32,270 nucleotides of DNA from an uncultured Ruminococcus sp. (GTDB lineage Bacteria; Bacillota; Clostridia; Oscillospirales; Acutalibacteraceae). Position numbers and translations under genes: made by a program. Within the stretch, counting starts at the first letter, position 1. Each line of letters begins with the position of its first letter. A model generated the notes under the pieces. It searched no databases. It saw only the letters and a program-made list of their open reading frames with translations, and had not been told where the DNA came from. Shown piece after piece: positions 1 through 10,051 of the stretch. Where the stretch lies: assembly GCA_902776495.1 (NCBI GenBank), contig CACYQK010000005.1:1-32270 (forward strand), given 5' to 3'.

Positions 1-2
1 AT

Positions 3-2741
3 AAGATCATTCACAAGGCTTCGCTTCTCAAGGGCAGAAGTATTGTCAAGGCGCGCGAAAAGCTGTATGCCGAGGCGGAGCTTATCCGCTCGGGCGCGAG
101 CATCCCCAATGCAGACAAATTCCTCGGTCAGATCTATGAAAAACCCGAGTGCCTGCTCGACTACTTTGACAGGGATTCTCTGTTCTTTGTGTCCGAGTAT
201 TCAAATGTCCGCGACCGCGGGAAAATGATGGATTTCCAAAACACCGAGGCGCTCAAACAGGGCCTTGCCGACGGCGTGCTTTGCCGCGGCTTTGACCGCT
301 TTTCGCTTACCCTTAACGAGTGCACGGAGCGGTTTGAGGCTCACGGCGTTATACTGCTCGAAAACTTTGTCCACGGCAGCATCGACATAAAGCTCGGCGA
401 GGTCGTCAGCTTTAACTCAAAGCAGCTCAGCACATGGAACGGCTCTTACAAGCAGCTGCGCGAGGATATCGACGGCTTCTGTCAGTCGGGCTACCGCGGA
501 GTGGTTTTGGCAGGAACCGAAAAGGCGGCAAAAAAGCTCGGCGAGACTCTCTCTTCCGACGGTTACAATGCCGAATACGCCGAAAAACTAAGCAAATTAT
601 CAGACAAAAAGATATATGTAATGAGCGGAGCTCTCAGCGCCGGCTTTGAGCTCCCCAACGAAAAAATCTTTCTTATAAGCTACGGTCAGGCGGCTTTCCG
701 CCCCGAAAAAAAGCGCAGAAGGCGCAAAAAAGAGGGCAACGAGATCTACAGCCTTTCCGAGCTCACGCCCGGGGATTATGTCGTTCACAACGTCCACGGG
801 ATCGGCATTTTCAGCGGCATCCGCAAAATCGACACCCACGGTATCACAAAGGATTATATAAAGATAGACTACGCCAAGGGCGACGTGCTCTATGTGCCGG
901 TCACTCAGCTCGATATGGTCGCAAAATACATCGGCCCGCGCGAGAATACGCGTATAAAGCTCAACCGCCTCGGCTCTCAGGAATGGCAAAAGGCAAAGGC
1001 GAGGGTAAAGAGCTCGGTCAAGGATATTGCAAAGGAGCTTATCGCCCTTTACGCCGCGCGTATGAAGGCGAAGGGCTACGCTTTTTCCGCCGACAACGAG
1101 TGGCAGCGTGACTTTGAAATGGGCTTTGAATACGAGGAAACGCCCGACCAGATCATCTGCATCGGCGAGATAAAGCGCGATATGGAGCGTGCCGTGCCGA
1201 TGGACAGACTCCTTTGCGGCGACGTCGGGTTCGGCAAGACCGAGGTCGCGCTCAGGGCGGCGTTCAAGTGCGTTTCGGACTCAAAACAGTGCGCGCTGCT
1301 CTGCCCGACGACGATTTTGGCGTGGCAGCATTACCAGACCGTGACAAAGCGGTTCGAGGGCTACCCGATAAGGGTAGAATTACTCTCGCGCTTCCGCACG
1401 CCAAAGCAGCAAAAGGAGATTTTGGTGCGCCTAAAGCGCGGCGAGGTCGATATGGTCATCGGCACCCACCGCCTTGTGCAAAAGGACGTGGAATTCCGCG
1501 ACTTGGGGCTCGCTATAATCGACGAGGAACAGCGGTTCGGAGTGGCGCAAAAGGAGCGATTCAAGGAGCTTGTCAAGAATATTGATGTCCTCACTCTCTC
1601 GGCAACCCCGATCCCGCGCACGCTCAATATGGCTATGAGCGGACTGCGCGATATGAGCGTGATCGAAGAAGCTCCGCTTAACCGCCAGCCCGTCCAGACC
1701 TATGTGCTCGAGCACGACAACGCCGTGATCTATGAGGCTGTACGCCGAGAGATGCGCCGCGGCGGTCAGGTTTTTTACCTGCACAATAACGTAGAAACGA
1801 TCGAGAGCTGCGCGCGCAGGATACGCGAAGCGATCCCCGACGCGAAGATCGCCATAGCTCACGGCAAGATGAACGAGCAGCAGCTTTCCGAAGTCTGGCG
1901 GCAGATGCTCGAACAGGAGATAGATATCCTCGTTTGCACAACAATAATCGAAACAGGCGTTGATTTGCCTAACGCGAACACGCTCATAATAGAAAACGCC
2001 GACTGTATGGGACTTTCTCAGCTCCATCAGCTCCGCGGACGTGTCGGCAGAAGCGCGCGCCGCGCCTACGCATACTTTACCTTCAGGCGCAGCAAGGTGC
2101 TGACCGACATACAGCAAAAGCGCCTTGCCGCTATCAGGGAGTTCACAGAGTTCGGCAGCGGCTTCAAAATCGCTATGCGCGACCTTGAACTGCGCGGAGC
2201 GGGCAACATTATGGGCGCTCAGCAGCACGGCCATATGGAGAGCGTCGGCTACGATATGTACCTAAAGCTGCTGGCAGAGGCAGTGGGCGAGGAGAGAGGC
2301 GAAGAGCAAAAGACCGCCGACCTCGATTGCCTTATAGATATTTCGGTAGACGCCCACATCCCCGAATACTATGTTGAGAGTCTTACCCTGCGGCTCGATG
2401 TTTACCGCAGGATCGCCGACATCAGGACCGAAAGCAATGCGGAGGACGTTAAAAACGAGCTCAAAGACCGCTTCGGCGAGATCCCCGAGTCGGTCGAGGG
2501 CTTGATCGACATCGCCCTTATCCGCAACAAAGCATACTCTATGGGAGTCTATGAAATACGTCAAAACGATACCGCAATTATGCTCTATGTCAAAGAGATA
2601 AAGTCCCCCGCGGTGGCCGATCTGCTCATCGCGCTCAACGGAAAGGCAACGCTCAGCGCAGGAACAAAGCCCTATTTGGCTGTAAAATGCGCCGACGGAG
2701 CTGATTCTGTTGAGGTTTTGAAGCGGATTTTTAAAATATAA
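3..2741 (+). CDS. mfd: Transcription-repair coupling factor Mfd (5' end lies outside the window)
   Basis: The frame is open from base 3, so the GTG at 189 is not the true start. CarD/RID region (GDYVVHNVHGIG), SF2 motifs CGDVGFGKTE, IIDEEQRFG, TLSATPIPRT, QLRGRVGR, TRG motif (AMRDLELRGAGNIMGAQQHG) and C-terminal TRCF domain. Confidence 0.97.
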   Translation, partial: KIIHKASLLKGRSIVKAREKLYAEAELIRSGASIPNADKFLGQIYEKPECLLDYFDRDSLFFVSEYSNVRDRGKMMDFQNTEALKQGLADGVLCRGFDRFSLTLNECTERFEAHGVILLENFVHGSIDIKLGEVVSFNSKQLSTWNGSYKQLREDIDGFCQSGYRGVVLAGTEKAAKKLGETLSSDGYNAEYAEKLSKLSDKKIYVMSGALSAGFELPNEKIFLISYGQAAFRPEKKRRRRKKEGNEIYSLSELTPGDYVVHNVHGIGIFSGIRKIDTHGITKDYIKIDYAKGDVLYVPVTQLDMVAKYIGPRENTRIKLNRLGSQEWQKAKARVKSSVKDIAKELIALYAARMKAKGYAFSADNEWQRDFEMGFEYEETPDQIICIGEIKRDMERAVPMDRLLCGDVGFGKTEVALRAAFKCVSDSKQCALLCPTTILAWQHYQTVTKRFEGYPIRVELLSRFRTPKQQKEILVRLKRGEVDMVIGTHRLVQKDVEFRDLGLAIIDEEQRFGVAQKERFKELVKNIDVLTLSATPIPRTLNMAMSGLRDMSVIEEAPLNRQPVQTYVLEHDNAVIYEAVRREMRRGGQVFYLHNNVETIESCARRIREAIPDAKIAIAHGKMNEQQLSEVWRQMLEQEIDILVCTTIIETGVDLPNANTLIIENADCMGLSQLHQLRGRVGRSARRAYAYFTFRRSKVLTDIQQKRLAAIREFTEFGSGFKIAMRDLELRGAGNIMGAQQHGHMESVGYDMYLKLLAEAVGEERGEEQKTADLDCLIDISVDAHIPEYYVESLTLRLDVYRRIADIRTESNAEDVKNELKDRFGEIPESVEGLIDIALIRNKAYSMGVYEIRQNDTAIMLYVKEIKSPAVADLLIALNGKATLSAGTKPYLAVKCADGADSVEVLKRIFKI

Positions 2742-2772
2742 TGGTAAAATTTGATAAATTTTTAATAAAATG

Positions 2773-2801
2773 TAGACATCGGCAAAAAAATTGTGTATAA
2801 T
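2773..2801 (+). promoter_or_regulatory. Putative sigma-A promoter for the PrsA-like gene
   Basis: TAGACA-17 bp-TATAAT. Confidence 0.65.
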
Positions 2802-2855
2802 CATATTGTATGCACCCTTAAATGGGTAAAAATGTTTAAAGGATGGTATAGTAAC

Positions 2856-4049
2856 ATGAGATCCGCAATTAAAATCAGCTCACTGCTTTTGGCAGTAGTT
2901 ATGCTTGTGAGCGCTGTTTTGGTTTCGGGCTGCAGCCTTAAACCCGAGTGGTCTTACAAGACAAGCGAAAAAGAGCTTGCAATCGGTGTTTATATCTTAG
3001 CGCTCAGATCAGCATACTCAACTGCTGAGACCAAGGCTAAGGAGCTTGAGGATTATGACAGCACATCGGACAGCTGGCTTGATATGGAAATCACAGATGA
3101 CGACGGCAACACAGAGGTTGCCCGCACATGGATAAAGAATAAGGCTGAGGAACAGTGCCTTGAATACCTCGTTGTAGAAAATGGTCTGAGCGACAGCGGC
3201 ACAACAGTTGACGAGGCTCAGCTTGACGAGGCAAGAAAACAGGCAAAGACTTCTTGGGAGGTCGGCCAGCAGACTATGTACGGACAGATGCCGGCGGCGA
3301 AGAAATCTTTGGAAAAGTACGGCGTTTCTCTCGCAAGCTATACTTATGTAGTTGCGGACGCTCATCAGAACGAAGAGGCTTACTTTGATTATCTTTACTC
3401 TCCGGGCGGTCCCAAGGCGGTTCCCGATGCTGAGCTTGTAAAGTATGTTCAGGATAACTATGCTGATTACTCATACATCTCGGTTCCCCTCTACACCTCA
3501 CAGCAGCAAGAGGGCTCGGAACAGCCCACAAGCGTAGCTATGTCCGCCGAGGAAAAGAAGAAAGTCAACGACAAGATAAACGGATACGCAAAAGCGATAA
3601 ACGACGAAGGCAAGTCTTATGATGACGTTGTTTCCGAGTATATGAAGGAAAGCGGCCTTACCGAAAGTCCCTCAAAGGATAATATCGAGCTCAAGGAAGA
3701 GTTCTCCGCCGGCGACCAGATCAAGACGGCTTACGATAAGATCCAGCCCGGCAAGGTTTCAGTAGTGACCGTAGGCGAAGACCCCAACGCAAGCGTATAC
3801 CTCGTTTACAAAAAGGATATCAAGGCGGACGCGGCAAAGTATGTTTCGGAAAACCGCGAAACTGTTCTTCACAAGGCAAAGGAAAAAGATTTTGAGGATT
3901 ACCTCAAGACCCTTACAGAAGATCTCGATTACGAGAAGAGCTCGGCTGTAGACAGTTACGATCCCAAGATGTTCTTTGAGCCGGTACAGCCCACAACCGC
4001 GGCAAAATCTAACGAGGATGACGCAGCAGACAGCAGCGCAGCGGGCTGA
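2856..4049 (+). CDS. Lipoprotein, probable PrsA/SurA-like foldase (divergent peptidyl-prolyl isomerase family)
   Basis: ATG 2856 after AAAGGATGG; signal peptide with lipobox VSGC; helical N-domain and parvulin-like segment (INDEGKSYDDVVSEY); sits right after mfd, where prsA often lies in Clostridia. Confidence 0.6.
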   Translation: MRSAIKISSLLLAVVMLVSAVLVSGCSLKPEWSYKTSEKELAIGVYILALRSAYSTAETKAKELEDYDSTSDSWLDMEITDDDGNTEVARTWIKNKAEEQCLEYLVVENGLSDSGTTVDEAQLDEARKQAKTSWEVGQQTMYGQMPAAKKSLEKYGVSLASYTYVVADAHQNEEAYFDYLYSPGGPKAVPDAELVKYVQDNYADYSYISVPLYTSQQQEGSEQPTSVAMSAEEKKKVNDKINGYAKAINDEGKSYDDVVSEYMKESGLTESPSKDNIELKEEFSAGDQIKTAYDKIQPGKVSVVTVGEDPNASVYLVYKKDIKADAAKYVSENRETVLHKAKEKDFEDYLKTLTEDLDYEKSSAVDSYDPKMFFEPVQPTTAAKSNEDDAADSSAAG

Positions 4050-4145
4050 TCATACCCGATGCAAATAATACCAAGCGAATAACACATATAATACAGGGGA
4101 AGAACAATACAAAAAACTCAAAAGTAAATCTTAGAGGTGATTTGT

Positions 4146-5084
4146 ATGAAAAGAAACTATTCAAGAGCACTCGTAGCTTTTTTGGCGGCGATAATGTGCT
4201 TGTGCGTTTGCGTTTTTAACGTATACGCGGTACCCGGAGAGGACGGAGAGGTCACTCCCGATCCGGGCGGCGGAGATCAGTCAAGCGCTCAGTCATCAGA
4301 TGTTCCGTATATTCCCGATCCCCCCGCAGAAGGCGGCGGAGATCAGTCAAGCGCCCAGTCATCAGACGTTCCGTATATTCCCGAGAGTAACAACGACAAT
4401 TCTTCGTATGACGGCGGAGGCGGCGGATATGACGGAGGCGGAGATAACCAGACTTCGTATGAAACCGACGGTGGCGGCGAAAGCAGCAACAATGTTTATT
4501 ATGACAGCGACGGCAACAGCTATTCCAATCAGGACGACGTCTATGTAGGCGGAGGTCAAAACTATCAGCCTCCCGCAAGTACCGCCCCGACAGCGGCGCT
4601 TTACAAGACAGAAAAAAAGATTGACGCCGACGAGCTCTCCAAAAGCGATTGGGGAGAACTCTCAAATCTGCTCAAAAACAACGGAGCGGCAGAGAGCGAC
4701 GGAGATGATTTTGCTTTTATCCAGAATAATACAAGCAAAAAAGATAACGGTCATTGGATCGTTATCGCCGGATTGATTTGTATCCTGCTCAGCATTACAG
4801 GCTTTATTTACCTTATCGCCTCAAAAATCAGCAGACGCAAAAAGATCAAAGAGGGCAATATTACAAAGACTTCCGATCCTCAAAAGAAGGGAGCCGCAAG
4901 ACGCTCTAACGACGATTATGACGACGGCTACGGTTCAAAAAGAAAACCCGAACAAAAACAGCAGCAGGATCGTCGTGCCGAAAGAGCAAAAACCGTCAAC
5001 CGTTACAGTGATGAAAAAACCAAGACTCATTACAGCAGCGGCAAAACCACCAATGGCGGTAAACACGGCAGAAGATACAGATAA
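4146..5084 (+). CDS. Hypothetical single-pass membrane protein: signal peptide, acidic Gly/Ser/Asp/Tyr low-complexity ectodomain, TM helix, basic cytoplasmic tail
   Basis: RBS GAGGTG then ATG 4146; hydrophobic N-terminus ending VYA; TM segment HWIVIAGLICILLSITGFIYLIA followed by SRRKK. Confidence 0.8.
   Translation: MKRNYSRALVAFLAAIMCLCVCVFNVYAVPGEDGEVTPDPGGGDQSSAQSSDVPYIPDPPAEGGGDQSSAQSSDVPYIPESNNDNSSYDGGGGGYDGGGDNQTSYETDGGGESSNNVYYDSDGNSYSNQDDVYVGGGQNYQPPASTAPTAALYKTEKKIDADELSKSDWGELSNLLKNNGAAESDGDDFAFIQNNTSKKDNGHWIVIAGLICILLSITGFIYLIASKISRRKKIKEGNITKTSDPQKKGAARRSNDDYDDGYGSKRKPEQKQQQDRRAERAKTVNRYSDEKTKTHYSSGKTTNGGKHGRRYR
4266..4384 (+). repeat. In-frame internal duplication, 53-bp core at 66-bp period (GGGDQSSAQSSDVPYIP x2)
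   Basis: 4266-4318 and 4332-4384 are identical except for 2 synonymous changes. Confidence 0.9.
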
Positions 5085-5088
5085 CAGT

Positions 5089-5119
5089 AAAAAAGTCCCG
5101 GAATTTCCGGGGCTTTTTT
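5089..5119 (+). terminator. Rho-independent terminator
   Basis: AAAAAAGTCCCGGA-ATT-TCCGGGGCTTTTTT, 4 bp after the stop codon. Confidence 0.85.
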
Positions 5120-5195
5120 GTCGCGGCGGCGACAGCGCAATCCGCTCCGATTTGTAATGGTACGGGGTTTAACGGAAATGTTTTTCTTTACATTT

Positions 5196-5258
5196 AAAGC
5201 CTCCCCTGACGCACGATAGTGCTTTAGGGGAGGTGTCAGCTCTGCTGACGGAGGGGTC
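5196..5258. repeat. Extragenic palindromic element (two hairpins plus GGAGGGG tail)
   Basis: CCTCCCCTGA..TTAGGGGAGG stem with inner GCAC/GTGC, then GTCAGC-TCT-GCTGAC, then GGAGGGG. Confidence 0.6.
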
Positions 5259-5280
5259 CTGCGTTTCCAATAATGCGAGT

Positions 5281-5395
5281 TTTCCTTGATATTGTAGGGG
5301 AGCACCCATGTGTGCTCCCGAGGGCGTTCAACTTATGCTTGGTATCCTATCAAGCCTTTCATCGTGAACAAACGCCGGTTATTTCGGGCGGACAC
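5281..5395. repeat. GTAG-type REP doublet, copy 1 (right REP truncated)
   Basis: GTAGGGGAGCACCCATGTGTGCTCCC at 5294-5319 and GGGCGGACAC at 5386; colinear homologue of 27857-27986. Confidence 0.75.
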
Positions 5396-5555
5396 GTGAT
5401 GATTCCCATGTCAGGGGATTTCCCGAAACAAGCGTCAGGGAAGGGGTTGAATGTAGAGAAAAGAAATCAAAACGTCAGGTAAATTCACCAAACCAATAAA
5501 AATATTTACCGCAAAAAAGCTCAAAACATAACGATAAAGCTCAAAACAACAGAGT

Positions 5556-5601
5556 AAAACACGATTATTATTCTATTATGTAATAATGGTCGTGTTTTTT
5601 T
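5556..5601 (+). terminator. AT-rich hairpin with T-tract upstream of the glg promoter
   Basis: AAAACACGATTATTA...TAATAATGGTCGTGTTTTTTT (pairs with G:U wobbles). Confidence 0.45.
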
Positions 5602-5656
5602 GGTTATTTTTTATAAAAAATACACTAAAAATTAGTTTGAAAATTTTTGAATTTGC

Positions 5657-5685
5657 TTGAAATTACCATAAATTTTTGGTATGAT
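5657..5685 (+). promoter_or_regulatory. Putative sigma-A promoter of the glg operon
   Basis: TTGAAA-17 bp-TATGAT with TG extended -10. Confidence 0.65.
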
Positions 5686-5749
5686 ATATATTAGATATAA
5701 GTATTAGTATGCAATAGTAGATTTTAATTTGGCTTTAGGAGTTGGATTT

Positions 5750-7669
5750 ATGAATTACAGCTTCAATGATGACCGCAGTGTGCCCAAGCGATTTTTTGAG
5801 GGCGACGCCGCGACTGCCTATGAATACTTCGGAGCTCACCTCGAAAGCCGCGGCGGTAAAAAGGGTGCGTTCTTCAGAGTATGGGCGCCGAACGCTCTCA
5901 GCGTTTCGGTGGTAGGCAGCTTTAACGACTGGAACAAAAGCAATGATTATATGAGCAAAACCGAGGACGGTATTTGGGAGCTCTTTATTGAGGGGGACCT
6001 TAAAGGAGAATCCTACAAATACTGCATCGAGACCCCTTGGTTTGAAAAAATAATGAAATCCGATCCCTTCGCTTTTTATGCCGAGCTTCGCCCCGACAAC
6101 GCGTCGATCGTCTCCGACCTTTCGGGTTACGACTGGCAGGACGGCGAGTGGCTTGAGCACAGAAGGACAACGGATTCACTGAAGGCTCCGATGAACATTT
6201 ACGAGGTTCACGCGGGCTCCTGGAAGCGCAACGAGGACGGCAGCTTTTACACCTACCTCCAGCTTGCGGACGAGCTTGTGGCGTATCTAAAGGATATGCA
6301 CTACACCCACGTTCAGTTTATGCCGCTTATGGAGCACCCGTTTGACCCCAGCTGGGGCTTCCAGACTACGGGCTACTACGCCGCTACCTCGCGCTTCGGC
6401 ACTCCGCAGGAGCTTATGGTCTTGATAGACAAGCTCCATCAGGCAAACATCGGCGTTATTATGGACTGGGTACCCTCAAACTTCCCCAAGGACAGCTACG
6501 CGCTCGAGCGCTTTGACGGTACTCCGCTCTTTGAGAGCGAGGATCCCAAGCTCGGCGAGCGTCCGTCATGGGATACCTGCCTGTTCGACTTCACAAAGCC
6601 CGAGGTCATCAGCTTTTTGGTGTCCTGCGCGGTTTTCTGGATAAAAACCTATCACATCGACGGTTTGCGCGTCGGCGCGCTGTCGTCAATGCTCTACCTT
6701 GACTACGGCAAGGAAAAGGGCGAGTGGGAGCCGAACAAGTTCGGCGGCAAAGAAAACCTTGAAGCTATCGACTTTATAAAACGCTTAAACACGGCAGTTC
6801 ATATGTTCTGCGAGGGCTCGCTTATGTTCGCGGAGGAGACCACCTCTTGGCCTAAGCTGACCCACAAGCTCGAAAACGGCGGACTCGGATTTGACTACAA
6901 GTGGAACCGCGGCTGGATGAACGATATGCTCAACTATATGACGCTCGACCCGCAGTGGAGACCGTTCAACCACGACAACCTGACGTTCAGCTTTTTCTAC
7001 GCGTTTTCCGAGCACTTTGTCCTGCCGGTATCGCACGACGAGGTATCGCCCGGCAAGGGCTCGATACTCAGCAAAATGCCCGGCAATGACGGCGACAGGC
7101 TCGCGGGACTCAGGGCGTTCATCACCTATATGTTCGCGCATCCCGGCAAAAAGCTCATCTTTATGGGTACCGAGATCGGACAGCTCGAGGAATGGGACGT
7201 TGACGGTATCGTCGACTGGGAGTTCCTCGACAGCAAAAACCACGCCCAGCTCCAGGTCTTTTTCAGAACGCTCAACAAGTTTTATGTTGACAACAAGCCG
7301 TTCTATGAGCGCGATGCTATCTGGAAGGGCTTTGACTGGATCCATCACGACGACTACACAAACAGCGTTATCGCGTTCAAGCGCACGGACGAGAGCGGTA
7401 ACGAGATCATTGCGGTTTGCAACTTCAGACCGATAAAGCACGAAAAATACTCGATCGGCGTGCCGGTATGCGGCATTTACGACGAGGTGTTCAACTCCGA
7501 CGCCATTGAGTTCGGCGGTTCGGGAGTAACTAACGGAATGGGTCTTGAACCCGACCTTATGAAAATTCACGGCTGCAATCAGGGACTTTCTCTTACCCTG
7601 CCGCCTATGGGCGTCATCTACCTAAAATGCAGGCAGCAGTATGGTAATCAGACAGAGATCCCTGAATAA
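5750..7669 (+). CDS. glgB: 1,4-alpha-glucan branching enzyme homologue (GH13_9) with a degenerate active site
   Basis: RBS AGGAG, ATG 5750; CBM48 (FRVWAPNA..VSVVGSFNDW), IYEVHAGSW, AEETT, SHDEV, HPGKKLIFMG. Nucleophile motif reads DGLRVGAL instead of DGLRVDAV. Confidence 0.9.
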   Translation: MNYSFNDDRSVPKRFFEGDAATAYEYFGAHLESRGGKKGAFFRVWAPNALSVSVVGSFNDWNKSNDYMSKTEDGIWELFIEGDLKGESYKYCIETPWFEKIMKSDPFAFYAELRPDNASIVSDLSGYDWQDGEWLEHRRTTDSLKAPMNIYEVHAGSWKRNEDGSFYTYLQLADELVAYLKDMHYTHVQFMPLMEHPFDPSWGFQTTGYYAATSRFGTPQELMVLIDKLHQANIGVIMDWVPSNFPKDSYALERFDGTPLFESEDPKLGERPSWDTCLFDFTKPEVISFLVSCAVFWIKTYHIDGLRVGALSSMLYLDYGKEKGEWEPNKFGGKENLEAIDFIKRLNTAVHMFCEGSLMFAEETTSWPKLTHKLENGGLGFDYKWNRGWMNDMLNYMTLDPQWRPFNHDNLTFSFFYAFSEHFVLPVSHDEVSPGKGSILSKMPGNDGDRLAGLRAFITYMFAHPGKKLIFMGTEIGQLEEWDVDGIVDWEFLDSKNHAQLQVFFRTLNKFYVDNKPFYERDAIWKGFDWIHHDDYTNSVIAFKRTDESGNEIIAVCNFRPIKHEKYSIGVPVCGIYDEVFNSDAIEFGGSGVTNGMGLEPDLMKIHGCNQGLSLTLPPMGVIYLKCRQQYGNQTEIPE

Positions 7670-7708
7670 ATACAGAAAGAATAAATTTATTATATTGGAG
7701 GTATTTGC

Positions 7709-8912
<1,204 letters not shown>

Positions 8913-8923
<11 letters not shown>

Positions 8924-10025
8924 TGATGTACTCGGTCTGGTTTTTGCAGACACAATGAGCCACAAGATCCCTGAGCTTTCCGCTTCGCGTACGGTTGCAA
9001 GCATCCCCATCGGCGGCAAATACAGGCTGATCGACTTTGTGCTTTCAAATATGTCGAACTCCGGTATCAACAACGTCGGGATCATAGCAAAGAGCAATTT
9101 CCTGTCGCTTACCGACCACGTGGGCTCGGGCAGCGCTTATGACCTCTCAAAGAGAAGAAGCAACCTTACCCTGCTCACCCCGTACAACGGAAAGAGCTTT
9201 TCAAATCTTATTGAAACTATTTATAATATGCACGGATATATCGACCACTGCCGCGAGGAATATGTGCTTATCTCTCCCGGCAACGTTGTAACGAATTTTG
9301 ACTACAACGCATTGTTCGATTTCCACTCAAAGCACGACGCGGACGTTACCTTGATCTACAAAAACGGCGCTGTTCCCGAGGGCTACCTAAGTCCTCTTTC
9401 GGTCTTGACCGATGACGACGGAAAGGTCAACCAGATCCGCATCACGCCCGGTATTGCCGATGATGTAGATGTAAACCTCGTTTACGGCTCAATGCTTATC
9501 AAAAAATCCGTGCTTATGGATGAGATCCGCAACGCGCTCAGCCTTAACCAGCTTGACGCGAAGCGCCATATCCAGACATCTCTCGGAAAATATAAGATCT
9601 ACGCTTACGAGAACAAGGGCTACACCGCGATCATCTCCTCGGTCAACTCCTACTTTGACTTCAATATGGACTTGATGAAGAAAGAGGTAAGAGACGCTCT
9701 GTTCAATCCCAAGCGTCCTATCTATACAAAGGTAAGGGACGACGCTCCCTCGCGTTACGGACTCGACAGCAGCGTTAAGAATTCAATCATCGCTCAGGGC
9801 TGCGTTATCGACGGCGAGGTTGAAAACTGCGTTATCTCAAAGGGCGTATATGTAGGCAAGGGCGCCAAGCTTTCAAACTGCATCATTATGCAGGATTCAA
9901 AAATCGGCAAGGATACAAAGCTCAATTATGTTATCATAGACAAGGACGTTACCGTTAAGGACGAGCGTTCGCTGATGGGCTTTGACTCATATCCGATTTA
10001 TATAGCTAAAAAATCTGTTGTTTAA
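8913..10025 (+). CDS. glgD: Glucose-1-phosphate adenylyltransferase subunit GlgD
   Basis: RBS GAGGAGG, ATG 8913 overlapping the glgC end; [35 protein letters not shown]; lacks the LAGG loop, as is typical of GlgD. Confidence 0.93.
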
Positions 10026-10051
10026 CAGTGTGAGTTTAGGAGGAAAATAAA

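Noticed and set aside
1431-2234. Long antisense ORFs opposite mfd, glgB (6785..7570), glgA and others
   Set aside because: Shadow frames of GC3-rich genes, with no motifs or RBS.
5273-5482. 69-aa ORF similar to ORF 27795..28112 (IVGEH.CVLP)
   Set aside because: The similarity is explained by the shared REP doublet; no RBS and no coding features.
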